Shown piece after piece: positions 49,042 through 59,791 of a stretch of DNA of 64,000 nucleotides. The notes below the pieces were generated by a model, which saw nothing but the letters and a program-made list of their open reading frames with translations, did no database searches and was not told where the DNA came from. This stretch comes from an uncultured delta proteobacterium. Lineage in GTDB: Bacteria > Myxococcota_A > Polyangia > Fen-1088. Position numbers and translations under genes: made by a program. The first letter of the stretch is position 1, and every line of letters starts with the position of its first letter. The DNA lies in contig CAVYGB010000002.1 in the NCBI GenBank assembly GCA_963767925.1, positions 192,001 to 256,000 of the forward strand, written 5' to 3'.

Positions 49042-50205
49042 TCAGCGGAGCTTTTGCAGGAGGCGGCGGGCGTAGCGGCCGGCGGCCATGAGGGCCGGGA
49101 CCTGGCGGGCGGTCTCGGCGGCGCGGCGGGGCCAGTAGCCGAGGAGGCCGGAGCGCAGGCCGCGCGGGTAGATCTCCACCGTCTCGTAGCGGCGGCGGCG
49201 CATCTCCCAGTTGTCGTACCAGGAGTAGTTGGTCACCAGGTTTATCTCGCCGCCGCTGGCCCCGTGCTGCTCGAACATGCGAGACACCACCCGCTCCAGC
49301 AGCAACGTCCCGGGCGACATGCGGGCGACGCTCTCGTCGTAGCCGAGCTTCCAGATCAACATCCGCGACCCGATCAGCACCGACATGTTGCCGGCCAGCA
49401 GCTTGCCGTCGAGGCGCAGAAATTGCCACTGTAGCCAGCCGGCGGCGGCCAGGCGGCGGGTGAGGGCGGTGTAGAAGGCCACCAGCTCGGGCGCGCGGGC
49501 GATGGCGGTGCCGCTGTCCCCCTTCCAGCTCGAGGCCTCCACCTCGAGGAACTCGTGCAGGTCCTTGGACTGGGCCTCGGCCCCGGTCTTGAAGATCCAC
49601 TCGGCCTGGCCGCTCTTGGTGAGCTTGTTGGCCGCCTTGCTGATGTTGTTGCGGAAGTTCCGGCTCAGGCCGCCGCGAAAGCTGGCGAAGTCCCCCTCGA
49701 TGGGCAGGTAGGCGCCCATGTCGGCGTACCCGCGGATGCTGCGCGCCTGCAGGCCCCCGCTGCGCGACAGCTCGAGGGTGGCCGACCCGGCGGGCAAGCG
49801 GAACAGATCGATCCGCTGGCAGCCGGGGATGGCCGCGACCGCCCCCCGGATGAGGGCGGGCAACACCGTCCCCTCCAGCCCGGCGCGCACCAGCGGGTCG
49901 ACCGAGAAGGCGTGGTCGTCGTCGGGCGCGCCGGCCATCACCCCCGCCCCGGGCAGGCGCCCGCGCGGCCGCACCACCAGGGGCAACACCCCCACCAGCT
50001 CACCCTCCTGCCGGGCCAGCAGGCAGACCCAGCTCTCGCCCGGCTTGAGCCGGTGCTCGAAGAAGGTCGCCATCCAGGCGTAAGAGACGAAGGGCAGCAC
50101 CCGGGGGTGCTGCTCCATCAGCCGGTTCCAGTCACCTTCGTGGGCCGCCAGCTCGGCCAGCCCGGTGACCGCGCGGACCTCGCAGGGGCGCTCCTCGACC
50201 TTCAT
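49042..50205 (-). CDS. GNAT acetyltransferase, CelD/BcsL-like
   Basis: PFVSYAW, ELVGVLPL, LSRNFRNN, SWKG, KLGYDE..SPG.LL. Confidence 0.88.
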   Translation of the reverse strand: MKVEERPCEVRAVTGLAELAAHEGDWNRLMEQHPRVLPFVSYAWMATFFEHRLKPGESWVCLLARQEGELVGVLPLVVRPRGRLPGAGVMAGAPDDDHAFSVDPLVRAGLEGTVLPALIRGAVAAIPGCQRIDLFRLPAGSATLELSRSGGLQARSIRGYADMGAYLPIEGDFASFRGGLSRNFRNNISKAANKLTKSGQAEWIFKTGAEAQSKDLHEFLEVEASSWKGDSGTAIARAPELVAFYTALTRRLAAAGWLQWQFLRLDGKLLAGNMSVLIGSRMLIWKLGYDESVARMSPGTLLLERVVSRMFEQHGASGGEINLVTNYSWYDNWEMRRRRYETVEIYPRGLRSGLLGYWPRRAAETARQVPALMAAGRYARRLLQKLR

Positions 50206-50245
50206 CCCACCAGAGCTTCGGCGGTTTCGCCGAGATCCTTGTGGG

Positions 50246-53128
50246 TCAATTGGCGGCGCCCGCCTCCCGCTTGCCAGGTGCGGCGGCGGCGGGCGAGGCG
50301 GTCTCGGGCTTGAGGATCCCCTGCAAGTAGCTGCCCCTGGTCAGGTATCGCCGCGCGCTGGCCTGCACCCGCTCGGACGTGACCCGGCTCAGGAACGGCT
50401 CGATGTCGAGGGCCTTGCGGGGGTCCTCCCCGTACCGGTAGGCCTCCTCGAGCTCCCCCTCCCAGAAGCCGTTCTCCTTGAGGTTGATCTCGTGGGACCG
50501 GCGGCGGGCCTGCTTCACCTTGTCGAGGTAGTCGGGGCCGATGCCGTTCTTCTGGAGCGCGGCAATCTCGTCGAGCACCTTCTGCTTGAGGGGCTCGATG
50601 TTCTCGGGGGCGCAGCCGAAGCCGACCGAGAAGGTGTACTCCGGCCGGGGGCGACGGGCGATGTAGCCACCTGCCCCCACGCCGTACACCCCGCCCAGCT
50701 CCTCGCGGAGCTGCTCGCGCAGGCGGATCGACAGGACCTGACCGAGGATCGCCATGTCGTCCTGCTTCTCCTGGCTGAAGCGCTCGTTGCCGTGGAAGGC
50801 CATCATGACCCGGCCCTTTGGCTCGGTCCCCTTGAGCACGGTCTTGCTCTGCCCGCCCCGGGGCCAGCGCACCCCGATGTCGCGCCACTTCTCCTTGCGC
50901 CCGACGGTGGGCAGGCTGGCGAGGTAGGTCTCGACCAGCGGCTGCAGCTTGGCCACCTCGACGTTGCCCACGATCACGAAGGTGAAGTCGCCCGCCTCCC
51001 GGAAGCGCTCCTGGTAGGTGGCGAGCGCCCGCTCGAGGCGCACCTTCTCCAGCACGGCCGGGGTGGTCGGCTGGCGCCGCCTGTGGTTGCTCGACAGGAA
51101 CAGGCCCATGTCCTCCTGGAACACCGCCTCGGGGCTCATGCGCCGGTTGCGCACCCGCTCGCTCTCCCGCTGCTGCCAGGACCGGAAGGAGGCCTCGTCC
51201 TTGCGCGGCCCGGTGAAGGCCAGGTGGGTCAGCTCGAACAGGGTCAAGATGTCCTCGGGCGACGACCCGGCCCGCACGTTCTCCTCCAGCTCGCTCACCC
51301 CGCTGTTGACCCACACGATCTTGTCGTTGAGGACCTTGCGCAGGCTGACCGCATCGAGCGGTCCCAGCCCCGCCTCGTGCACGATGCTGCCGGCGAAGCG
51401 GGCAGCGTCGTAGTCGGCGTCCTTGACCAGCGAGTGCCCGCCCGGCGAAAAGCCGGTCAGGCGGACCTCGTCGTTCTTGAAGGTGGTCGGCTTGACCACC
51501 ACCTTGGCCCCGTTCGACAGCGTCCATTCGGTCACGCCGATCTCGGGCAAGGTCCGGGTGGCCACAACCTGCCCCGCCTTCGGCGTCCGGGCCAGCAAGG
51601 GCGCCGCCGACAGCGCGTCGTCGTAGGCGGTCACCGTCTTCTTGTCGACCGCCTTCACGATGGCCTGCACCTCGTCGGGCGTGATCTTCTTCATGCTGTC
51701 GGGGCCGGTCACCGCCACCACCCGGCTCCCCCCGCCCACCCAGGCCCGGGCCAGGGTGCTCAGCTCCTCGGCGGTGAAGGTGGGCAGCAGCTTCTCGGTC
51801 AGCGCCTGCTCCGCCTCCGACCCGGGCATGGTCTCGCCCTCCAGGAAGTGCCGCACGATCTCCCCGGCGAACTCGCGGGCGTCGCGCTTGTCGCGCTCGA
51901 TGACCCCCTGGCGCACGCCGCGCAACACGCGCTTGCGGGCCCGGTCGAGCTCGGTCTTCGCGAAGCCGAACCTCTCGACCCGCAGCAGCTCCTCCAGCAG
52001 GGCGGCGGTGGCGCGGTCGACCTGCCCCTCCTTGGCGATCGCGCTCAGGCGGAACACGTCGGCCGAGCGGACCATCGAGGCGGTGCCCGACCCGGCCTGC
52101 ACGTAGGGGGCGTCGGGCTTGCGGCGGATCTCGTCGAGCCGGCCGTTGAGCATGATGTGGTAGAGCTGCTCGGCCAGCATGCGCCGGTAGTCGGCCTCGC
52201 TGCGCCTGGGCCGGGGGGGCAGCTTGTTGAAGATCGTCACCGCGGTGGTCGGCATCTCGGGATCGGTCTCGATGCTGACCAGGGTCTCGTCGTGGCGGGG
52301 CATCTCGGCCAGCGTGCGCGGCCGCGGGCTCGCCGCCGCCGGCAGGGTGGAGAACTCGGCGGCGATCTTCTTCTCGATCTCGTCGGGCTTGAAGTCCCCC
52401 ACCGCGATGACCGCCATCAGATCCGGGCGGTACCAGTCCTTGTAGAAGCGGGCCAGCGTGTCGCGGGGAGCCCCCTTGATGATGTCGGCCTTGCCGATGG
52501 GCAGCCGGGTGGCGTATTTCGACCCCTTCCAGGTGACGGGGGCCTGCTTCTCGAACAGGCGCATGCCCGCCCCCCGGCCCAGCCGCCACTCCTCGAGCAC
52601 CACGCCCCGCTCCTTGTCGACCTCGGCGCCGTCGATGCTGACGTCGCCGGCCCAGTCGCGCAGCACCTGCAAGGCCTTGTCGACAAGCTCGGCGTTGTCG
52701 GTGGGGACCTGCAGCTGGTACACCGTCTCGTCGAACGAGGTGTAGGCGTTCAGGTGGGGGCCGAACCGCATGCCGGCCCGCTCGACGAAGTTGACGATGT
52801 CCTGCTTGGGGAACCGTTTCGTCCCGTTAAAGCCCATGTGCTCGAGGAAGTGGGCCAGCCCCTGCTGGTCGTCGTCCTCGAGGATCGAGCCGGCGTTGAC
52901 CGCCAGCCAGAGCTGGGCGCGCTTCTCCGGCTTGGCGTGGGGCAAGACGTAATAGGTGAGGCCGTTGGCCAGCTTGCCCCGCTTGACCCGGGGGTCGAGG
53001 GGCAGCTCGGGATCGGCGGCGGCCAGCGCGGGGTCGGCGACCCCACCTTTGGGCGGCGTGGCCTGGCTGCCGGCGCAGGCCGCGAGGGCCAGGGAGAGGA
53101 CCATCAACAGACGCGTGGTTCGCTGCAT
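50246..53128 (-). CDS. M16 family zinc peptidase (PqqL-like), lipoprotein
   Basis: GLAHFLEHMGFNGT inverted HXXEH, NAYTSFDETVY, LREELGGVY; lipobox LAAC. Confidence 0.95.
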   Translation of the reverse strand: MQRTTRLLMVLSLALAACAGSQATPPKGGVADPALAAADPELPLDPRVKRGKLANGLTYYVLPHAKPEKRAQLWLAVNAGSILEDDDQQGLAHFLEHMGFNGTKRFPKQDIVNFVERAGMRFGPHLNAYTSFDETVYQLQVPTDNAELVDKALQVLRDWAGDVSIDGAEVDKERGVVLEEWRLGRGAGMRLFEKQAPVTWKGSKYATRLPIGKADIIKGAPRDTLARFYKDWYRPDLMAVIAVGDFKPDEIEKKIAAEFSTLPAAASPRPRTLAEMPRHDETLVSIETDPEMPTTAVTIFNKLPPRPRRSEADYRRMLAEQLYHIMLNGRLDEIRRKPDAPYVQAGSGTASMVRSADVFRLSAIAKEGQVDRATAALLEELLRVERFGFAKTELDRARKRVLRGVRQGVIERDKRDAREFAGEIVRHFLEGETMPGSEAEQALTEKLLPTFTAEELSTLARAWVGGGSRVVAVTGPDSMKKITPDEVQAIVKAVDKKTVTAYDDALSAAPLLARTPKAGQVVATRTLPEIGVTEWTLSNGAKVVVKPTTFKNDEVRLTGFSPGGHSLVKDADYDAARFAGSIVHEAGLGPLDAVSLRKVLNDKIVWVNSGVSELEENVRAGSSPEDILTLFELTHLAFTGPRKDEASFRSWQQRESERVRNRRMSPEAVFQEDMGLFLSSNHRRRQPTTPAVLEKVRLERALATYQERFREAGDFTFVIVGNVEVAKLQPLVETYLASLPTVGRKEKWRDIGVRWPRGGQSKTVLKGTEPKGRVMMAFHGNERFSQEKQDDMAILGQVLSIRLREQLREELGGVYGVGAGGYIARRPRPEYTFSVGFGCAPENIEPLKQKVLDEIAALQKNGIGPDYLDKVKQARRRSHEINLKENGFWEGELEEAYRYGEDPRKALDIEPFLSRVTSERVQASARRYLTRGSYLQGILKPETASPAAAAPGKREAGAAN

Positions 53129-53278
53129 GGGATCCCGGATGTTACCTCGCGTCCGGGAGCCCTCATAGGCCGGCGCTGACGTCGTGCGACCAGGGGCACG
53201 GCCGCCCGATGTTCCCGGTGCGCTGAAAATAACGCACGACTCGATGCAGTCGAGCCCCGCGGTTGCCACATTAGGAGG

Positions 53279-54463
53279 GTGAGCGCGAGGCGGCGCCGGC
53301 GACCGGGATTCGCCGCCATGGTCGTGGCAGTCGCCTTCGGGTTCCAGGTGCCCGCCCTGCTCGCCATCGGGCGGCTGAGCGGCAGCGTCGTGCTGATGCT
53401 GGTCCTGACGGCGCTGGGCCTGGCCGCCTCGCTGATCACCTCCCGCAACCCCTGGGAGCACCGGCCCCGGTCGCGCCTGGAGCTGTACCTCGTGATGTGG
53501 CCGTTCTTCGCCTGGTGGGCGGTGTGCGCGGTCTTCCTGGGGCTCGGCCTGCTGGCGCTCGGGGTGGCCGCCTTGACAGCCGTCTCGCTGGATCGGGCGC
53601 TGGCCGTCGCCGGGGGGCTGTCCCTCGTGGGGGGCCTGCGCGCGCTCAGCCGGCGGCCGCGCGTCTGCGCCCACACCGTCCCCATCGCCGGCCTGCCCGC
53701 GTCCTTCACCGGCTACCGGATCGCCCAGATCTCCGACCTGCACTGCGGCCCCTTCACCCCGCCCGGGCGGATCCAGCGCTGGGTGGCGGCGGTCAACGCT
53801 CTGGAGGCCGATCTGGTGACCGTCACCGGCGACCTCATCACTTCGGGCCACGACTACGTCGCCCCGGTGGCCGAGAGCCTTGGCGGACTGCGCGCCGCCG
53901 ACGGCGTCTTCGCCTGCATGGGCAACCACGACTACTTCACCGACGGCGACGCCTTCGCCCGCGCGCTCGAGGCGCAAGGCCTGCGCCTGCTGCGCAACCG
54001 GGGCGTGGTCATCGCGCGCGACGGCGGGCAGCTCTACCTGGCCGGCGTCGACGACACCTGGACCCACCGCCACGATCTCGAGCAGGCCCTGCGGGCCCGC
54101 CCGCCCGGCGTTCCGGTGGTGCTGCTGGCCCACGACCCGGCGCTGTTCCCGGCCGCCGCCGCCCGCGGCGTCGACCTGACCCTGTCGGGCCACACCCACG
54201 GCGGCCAGCTCGCCGTCCCGGTCGCCCCCCGCCGCCTCAACCTGGCGCGCTTCATGACCCCCTTCACCGCGGGCCTCTACTGCATCGATCGTTCGGCCCT
54301 GTACGTGAACCGGGGCCTCGGCACCACCGGTCCCCCGATCCGCCTGGGCGTGCGCCCGGAGATCGCGGTGTTCACCCTGGTCCCCGCCGACCCCACCGCC
54401 ACCGACGAGCTGGCCCACCTCGCCGAAGACGTGATCCGCGACGCCAGCGAGCCGGAGGGGTAG
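53279..54463 (+). CDS. Membrane-anchored metallophosphoesterase (YkuE-like)
   Basis: SDLH, TGD, GNHD, LAHDP, SGHTHGGQ motifs after four TMs. Confidence 0.93.
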   Translation: MSARRRRRPGFAAMVVAVAFGFQVPALLAIGRLSGSVVLMLVLTALGLAASLITSRNPWEHRPRSRLELYLVMWPFFAWWAVCAVFLGLGLLALGVAALTAVSLDRALAVAGGLSLVGGLRALSRRPRVCAHTVPIAGLPASFTGYRIAQISDLHCGPFTPPGRIQRWVAAVNALEADLVTVTGDLITSGHDYVAPVAESLGGLRAADGVFACMGNHDYFTDGDAFARALEAQGLRLLRNRGVVIARDGGQLYLAGVDDTWTHRHDLEQALRARPPGVPVVLLAHDPALFPAAAARGVDLTLSGHTHGGQLAVPVAPRRLNLARFMTPFTAGLYCIDRSALYVNRGLGTTGPPIRLGVRPEIAVFTLVPADPTATDELAHLAEDVIRDASEPEG

Positions 54464-54473
54464 CTGGCCCGCA

Positions 54474-54695
<222 letters not shown>

Positions 54696-54737
54696 TATCG
54701 GACGGGGACGCGTGCGCCGGCGGGGAGAGGGGTGAGA

Positions 54738-54772
54738 CCTCATCCCTCTCCCGGGCCGGGAGAGGGATGAGG
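54738..54772. terminator. Perfect 15-bp-stem hairpin between convergent genes
   Basis: cctcatccctctccc-gggcc-gggagagggatgagg. Confidence 0.6.
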
Positions 54773-54780
54773 GGACGCGC

Positions 54781-56175
54781 CTACTGGCAGGTCGGGGGCG
54801 CGATGGTGTCGTTGCAGGTGCCGGTGGCGCAGAATTCGCCGCCGCAGCAGGCCTGGCCGATCACGCCGCAGACCTTGCAGGTGTCCGGGTTGCCGCCGAC
54901 GCCATCGACGCAGGTGGTGCCGGGCTTCGAGCAGAAGCCGTCGTTGCCGCCGCAGCAGAGCTGGTTCGTCCCACCGCAGGTGGCGCCAGTGGGGCCGCAG
55001 CTCCCGTCGGCGTTGCAGGTCCCCGTGCTCCCGCCGCAGGCGGTGCCGACGGCGATGCAGTCGACGTCCTCGTTGACACAGCCCGCAGTGCACAGGTTGC
55101 CCGGGCAGGCGTCGGCGCCGGTGGTTCCGCAGGGGTCGCAGGTGCCGCCCGCGCAGACCAGACCGGCCCCGTAGCAGATGTCGCCGTCGCAGCAGCCCTC
55201 GCCGGCCCCGCCGCAGGCAGTGCACTGCCCAGCGGCGCACGCACCACCTCCGCCGGGGCAGGTCTCGCCCGCGCCGGTGCACTCACCCGCGCCGTCGCCG
55301 GTGCAGCAGCCGCCGGCGGTACAGGTCCGGCCCGCGCAGCAGGCGTCCCCGTCGGTGCCACAGGCTTCGCAGGTGCCGGTGCCGGCGCCGTTGCAGACGA
55401 AGCCGGTGTCGCACGCCCGGTTGGCGCAGCAGTTGGCCCCGTCGCCACCGCACATCACGCAGGTGTTGTCGTCGCCGCCGCCGCCGGGATCGCAATACGA
55501 GCCAGGGGTGCGACAGATGTCGAGCTGGCAGCAGTTCTCACCCACGGCCCCGCACTCGGCGCAGACGCCGGCGGTGCACATGCCACCGCTGGGGTCTCCC
55601 GTGGTGCCGTCGCCGTTGGCCCGACAGGCGGCGCCGGCGGCGACACAGGTCTGCCGGTCCTCACCCTCGGTCACGAAGGCCGCGCAGCAGCCGCCGGCGA
55701 GACAGGAATTGCCGGTGCAACAGACCTGGCCGGGCAATCCGCAGAGAGGCGTGTCGGTCGCCGTATCGACAGGCAGGGCGGTGTCCACCGGGCCGTCGGG
55801 CGTGGGCGCATCGACCGGGGCGTCGGCCACCGGGCCGTCGCCGGCCGGGCCGTCGCCGGCCGGGCCGTCGCCGGGGACCGCATCGGTGCCTGGTCCGTCG
55901 GCCGGCGTGGCGTCGGTCGCGTCCGCGGCCCGCGTGTCGGTGGCGCCACCGCTGCCGCCGGTGGCCGCGCCGTCACGGCCGCCCGTGCCGCCAGCTCCCC
56001 CCGTGCCGCCGCCGGTGCCGCCGGTGCTGCCCGAGTCGCGGCTGCCGCCGGTGCCGCCGGTGCCACCCGGCTTCGGGTCGTCGCCGCAGCCCACGACCAG
56101 CAGGAGCGCGCCAGCGACGGCGGCCATCAACCTCAGCTCGGCGGCCCGGCCATAACGTGCACGATGGATTCGCAT
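54781..56175 (-). CDS. Cys-rich repeat lipoprotein
   Basis: VVGC lipobox; Gly/Asp linker; about 8 CGxxGxxCC...C repeats; AGGA RBS. Confidence 0.85.
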   Translation of the reverse strand: MRIHRARYGRAAELRLMAAVAGALLLVVGCGDDPKPGGTGGTGGSRDSGSTGGTGGGTGGAGGTGGRDGAATGGSGGATDTRAADATDATPADGPGTDAVPGDGPAGDGPAGDGPVADAPVDAPTPDGPVDTALPVDTATDTPLCGLPGQVCCTGNSCLAGGCCAAFVTEGEDRQTCVAAGAACRANGDGTTGDPSGGMCTAGVCAECGAVGENCCQLDICRTPGSYCDPGGGGDDNTCVMCGGDGANCCANRACDTGFVCNGAGTGTCEACGTDGDACCAGRTCTAGGCCTGDGAGECTGAGETCPGGGGACAAGQCTACGGAGEGCCDGDICYGAGLVCAGGTCDPCGTTGADACPGNLCTAGCVNEDVDCIAVGTACGGSTGTCNADGSCGPTGATCGGTNQLCCGGNDGFCSKPGTTCVDGVGGNPDTCKVCGVIGQACCGGEFCATGTCNDTIAPPTCQ

Positions 56176-56365
56176 CAAGGATCCTCCCGTTAGTCGCGTA
56201 GTGCTGGGGCGCGATCGCCGGCGTTTACCTGGCTTCAGCGACGATAACGCTGCTTCGCCCATTGATAGGAGAACCGGGGACGGCCTCTTTCGTCAACTGA
56301 TTCCGGGGTCGAAAGCCGACCGTGGCGACGCTGGTGCTCGGGACATACACCTCGTCACATGTCCG

Positions 56366-57193
56366 TCACACCAGTCGCCGCCAGCGGGCCTCGATGAACG
56401 AGCTGACCCCCACCGCGATCAGCCCGACCGCCATCAGCCCCAGCAGCCCGGCCCCGTAACCCTCCAGCAACCGGAGGACGCCACCGATGCCCCGGACCTG
56501 CCGCGGGTCGTGCTGGATGGCCGCGCGCAGGAGGAGGTATCCCACCCAGGTGAACAGCGTTCCCTGTGAGGCGGATCCCAGGCGGATGAAAAACGCCGCC
56601 GCCAGCGCCCCCTGCCGGCCCAGCCGGCGCACGTCGAGGTCGGCGCAAACGTTTCGAACGAAGAGGGCCCGGGCCAGGAACCAGATACCCACCGAGGCGA
56701 AGATGAGGGCGGCCGCCACCAGCAAGACCACCCCGTAGGGCAGCCGCAGAGCCTCGTCGCTCAGCACCCGCGCCTGGGCATCGCCGGTGCGGGGCGCCCG
56801 GTATCCGGAGGCGAGGGCGACGGCCCCCCAGATGAGCAGCAAGGACCCGGCCCCGCTGACCACCTCGCCGATGCGGATCAGCAGGATCCGCAGCGACCGC
56901 GGGCGGCGGGCCGGGTCGGCCAGCCCCACCACGAAGCGCAGCAGCGCGTACCCCAGCAGCCCGCTGGCGACGACGAGCAGGATGGGCCGCCCCAGCGGCG
57001 CGCGCGCCACCTCCCGGAACGCCCCGGGCGCATCGGTCGCCTGGGCCCCCGCCTCCCCGATGGCGGCGGCCAGCGCCAGGACCCCCACCAGCAGGTGGAC
57101 GACCCCCTTGGCCCCGTAGCCGATCCGGGCGTACGCCAGGAAGAACGACCTGGCGCTGTGGAGCACGCCGGCCCTCCGCGTGCCGACAAACAC
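56366..57193 (-). CDS. DUF1206 membrane protein
   Basis: ARIGYGAKGVVH..G.LA..PLG..LL..GL..YA; ends F.EARWRR. Confidence 0.88.
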   Translation of the reverse strand: MFVGTRRAGVLHSARSFFLAYARIGYGAKGVVHLLVGVLALAAAIGEAGAQATDAPGAFREVARAPLGRPILLVVASGLLGYALLRFVVGLADPARRPRSLRILLIRIGEVVSGAGSLLLIWGAVALASGYRAPRTGDAQARVLSDEALRLPYGVVLLVAAALIFASVGIWFLARALFVRNVCADLDVRRLGRQGALAAAFFIRLGSASQGTLFTWVGYLLLRAAIQHDPRQVRGIGGVLRLLEGYGAGLLGLMAVGLIAVGVSSFIEARWRRLV

Positions 57194-57283
57194 CCTCAGA
57201 ACCTGGGGCCGTCTCCCAACGGGCGCAACCCCGATGCCCCGGGCCGCTCAAGGTTTTCCCGGCGACGTCCGAAGAGGCGCTGC

Positions 57284-59098
57284 ATGAGGCTCCGCGCGCG
57301 CACTACCAGGACGACGTCCGACCGCACGACAATCCTTCCTTATCTTTTCCCCTTTCTCCTGCTGTTCTCGCTGCCGGCCGGCTGCGACGACACCGACGAC
57401 CCGGGCGGCGACGGCGGCACCGGCACCGACGCCGCCCCGACCGACGGCGCGGGCAGCGACGCACCCCCCGCCACCGGCAACTGTCCCACCCTCACGACGA
57501 CAACGACCCTGGCCGAGAGCATCGACGCCGACGCCACCTGGCGGGGCGCGGTGAAGGTCACCGGCGCCGTGCGGGTCAACATGGCCAAGATCACCATCGA
57601 GGCCGGCACCACCTTCGTGATGGACCCCGACGCCTCCATCGAGTTCGGCTGGAACTCCAACCTGGCCAGCGTGTTCGCCCGCGGCACCGCCGCCGCGCCG
57701 ATCCGCTTCTGCGGCAAGGTGGCCCAGGCCGGCTACTACAAGGGCATCCTCGTGGGGGACCGGGTCACCAGCGACAGCGTGTTCGAGCACGTCATCGTCA
57801 GCGACGGCGGGCAGATGACCGGCGCGGCGCTGACCATCGGGGCGGGCATCCTGGTCAAGGACGTGCAGGTGATCCGCTCGGGCGCCGACGGCGTCCAGGC
57901 CGACAACTTCAAGGAGGGCAGCGAGCGGCTCACCGTCATGGGGGCGAGCAAGATCGCCCTCGTCCTGACCGCGCAGGAGGCCATCAGCCGGGTCCCCCTG
58001 CTGGGCTCGTACGCCACGGGCAACGGCACCAACGCCATCGCCCTGCGCTTCGAGGCCATCGACGCGGTCGACGCCACCTTCCGCGCCGCCGGGGTCCCCT
58101 ACATCCAGGAGCAGCCGATGTACGTCCGCAACGGCAAGAAGCTCGTCTTCCAGGCCGGCGTCGACTACCGGCTGGCCGTCGATCAGAAGCTGGAGGTCGG
58201 CTGGAACGGCGGCGCCTCCACCATCACCGCCGAGGGGACCGCCGACAAGCCGATCCTGTTCGGGCGGGTCTCGGACAGCGCGGGCGCCTTCGCCGGGCTG
58301 CTGCTGCAGACCATGGTCCGGTCGGACAGCGTGCTCAAGTTCGTCAAGATCAAGGGGGGCGGCAACGGCGCGCCCGCGCTCGATATCCGGGCGCCGGTGA
58401 AGATCGACAACGTCACCCTCGAGGGCAACGCCACCGGGCTCAGCGTCGAGGGCAAGGGCTTCACCGCCGGCTCGACAAAGCTCACCATCACCGGCACCAG
58501 CGGCGGACCGCCCGCCACCGTGGATCCCGACGCCGCCTTGACCCTGCCGAAGGGAGGCGCCTTCACCGGCAACCCTGGCGGCGACTGGATCGTCATCCCC
58601 GAGGGGGCCCTCGAGTCCTCCGGCACCTTGCCCAACCTCGGCGTTCCCTACCGGGTCGCCGGCAAGATCACCACCCGGGCCAGCTCTGCTCAGAGCAACC
58701 CGGCCCTGACGATCGAAGCGGGCACCACCTTGCAGATGGCCTCCGACGCCTGGATCGAAGTCGGCTGGAACTCGGCCATGGCGTCGATCACCGCGGTGGG
58801 GACCGCCGCCAATCCCATCGTCTTCCGGGGGGTCAACGACGTGGCCGGCTCCTGGGACGGCATCCTCATCGGCGCCATGGTCAGCAGCAGCTCGAAGCTC
58901 GACCACGTCCAGATCCTCAATGGCGGCAAGGCGGGCAGCGCCGCCCTCCGCCTGAACCGGGCCGCCTTCGACGTGAAGAACACCCGCCTGTCCAAGTCGA
59001 GCGGCTGGTGCATCGAGAGGGTCGCCGGGGACGCCACCGACTACGCCACGGGCGGCAACACCTTCGACATGTGCGCCGCCGGCAACGTCGGCCCGTAG
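57284..59098 (+). CDS. Beta-helix-like repeat lipoprotein
   Basis: PAGC lipobox; three TIEAG..IEVGWN..A.GTA..PI.F modules. Confidence 0.82.
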   Translation: MRLRARTTRTTSDRTTILPYLFPFLLLFSLPAGCDDTDDPGGDGGTGTDAAPTDGAGSDAPPATGNCPTLTTTTTLAESIDADATWRGAVKVTGAVRVNMAKITIEAGTTFVMDPDASIEFGWNSNLASVFARGTAAAPIRFCGKVAQAGYYKGILVGDRVTSDSVFEHVIVSDGGQMTGAALTIGAGILVKDVQVIRSGADGVQADNFKEGSERLTVMGASKIALVLTAQEAISRVPLLGSYATGNGTNAIALRFEAIDAVDATFRAAGVPYIQEQPMYVRNGKKLVFQAGVDYRLAVDQKLEVGWNGGASTITAEGTADKPILFGRVSDSAGAFAGLLLQTMVRSDSVLKFVKIKGGGNGAPALDIRAPVKIDNVTLEGNATGLSVEGKGFTAGSTKLTITGTSGGPPATVDPDAALTLPKGGAFTGNPGGDWIVIPEGALESSGTLPNLGVPYRVAGKITTRASSAQSNPALTIEAGTTLQMASDAWIEVGWNSAMASITAVGTAANPIVFRGVNDVAGSWDGILIGAMVSSSSKLDHVQILNGGKAGSAALRLNRAAFDVKNTRLSKSSGWCIERVAGDATDYATGGNTFDMCAAGNVGP

Positions 59099-59108
59099 CG
59101 ACGGGCGC

Positions 59109-59705
59109 CTACTTCTTGCAGGTGTCCTCGACGAAGGGAACGAACCCGGCCCCCATGTCGACCTCGATGCGGTGGAAGCCGGCCTTGGGGCCGGTCTTGC
59201 CCAGCGACTCGCGGACCTTCAGCTTCTTGCCGGCGAAGGTCTGCTCGCCCAGGAAGGTGACGGTCTCACCCTCGGCGGTGCCGGTCCCGGTGCCGAACCC
59301 GCCGCCGCTGTCGACCCCGGTGATGAGGAACTTGTTCGCCACGGTGTCGTACCCCACGTAGAAGATCCCCTTCATCGCCGGGTTGGTTTTGCTCTTTTTC
59401 AGGTCGTACTCACCTTTCCAGAAGTGCCCCTCCAGCTCCTTCCTGAACCGGACGGTGCTCTTGCCGGTCAGCTCGGGCGAGCCCGGGCCGAAGGCGTTGG
59501 CCGCGAACTTCGTGTCACACCGCCAGCTCCCGTCGAACGGCTTCATGAAGGCGTCCAGCTCGGGGGGCGGGGGCGGCGGGCCTTCGGGGGGGCCGGCCCC
59601 CGCTTCGGGCTTTTCGGCGGGGGGCTGGGCCAGCACCGCCGCGGGCATCGCCGGGACCATCACCACGAGCACCCCCAGCACGACCGGACCAATGTTCCTG
59701 GACAT
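59109..59705 (-). CDS. DUF1579-like exported protein
   Basis: PPPEL..F.G.W.C..LEG.F..GYD..DS.GG; GGAGGG RBS. Confidence 0.78.
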   Translation of the reverse strand: MSRNIGPVVLGVLVVMVPAMPAAVLAQPPAEKPEAGAGPPEGPPPPPPELDAFMKPFDGSWRCDTKFAANAFGPGSPELTGKSTVRFRKELEGHFWKGEYDLKKSKTNPAMKGIFYVGYDTVANKFLITGVDSGGGFGTGTGTAEGETVTFLGEQTFAGKKLKVRESLGKTGPKAGFHRIEVDMGAGFVPFVEDTCKK

Positions 59706-59791
59706 CGACGCCCTCCTTTCACGTTGCAGCGCGGGCCCAGCCACCATAGTGGCGGGACCACCCCCCTGTCCACGAGGAGCTCCGCCGCCCG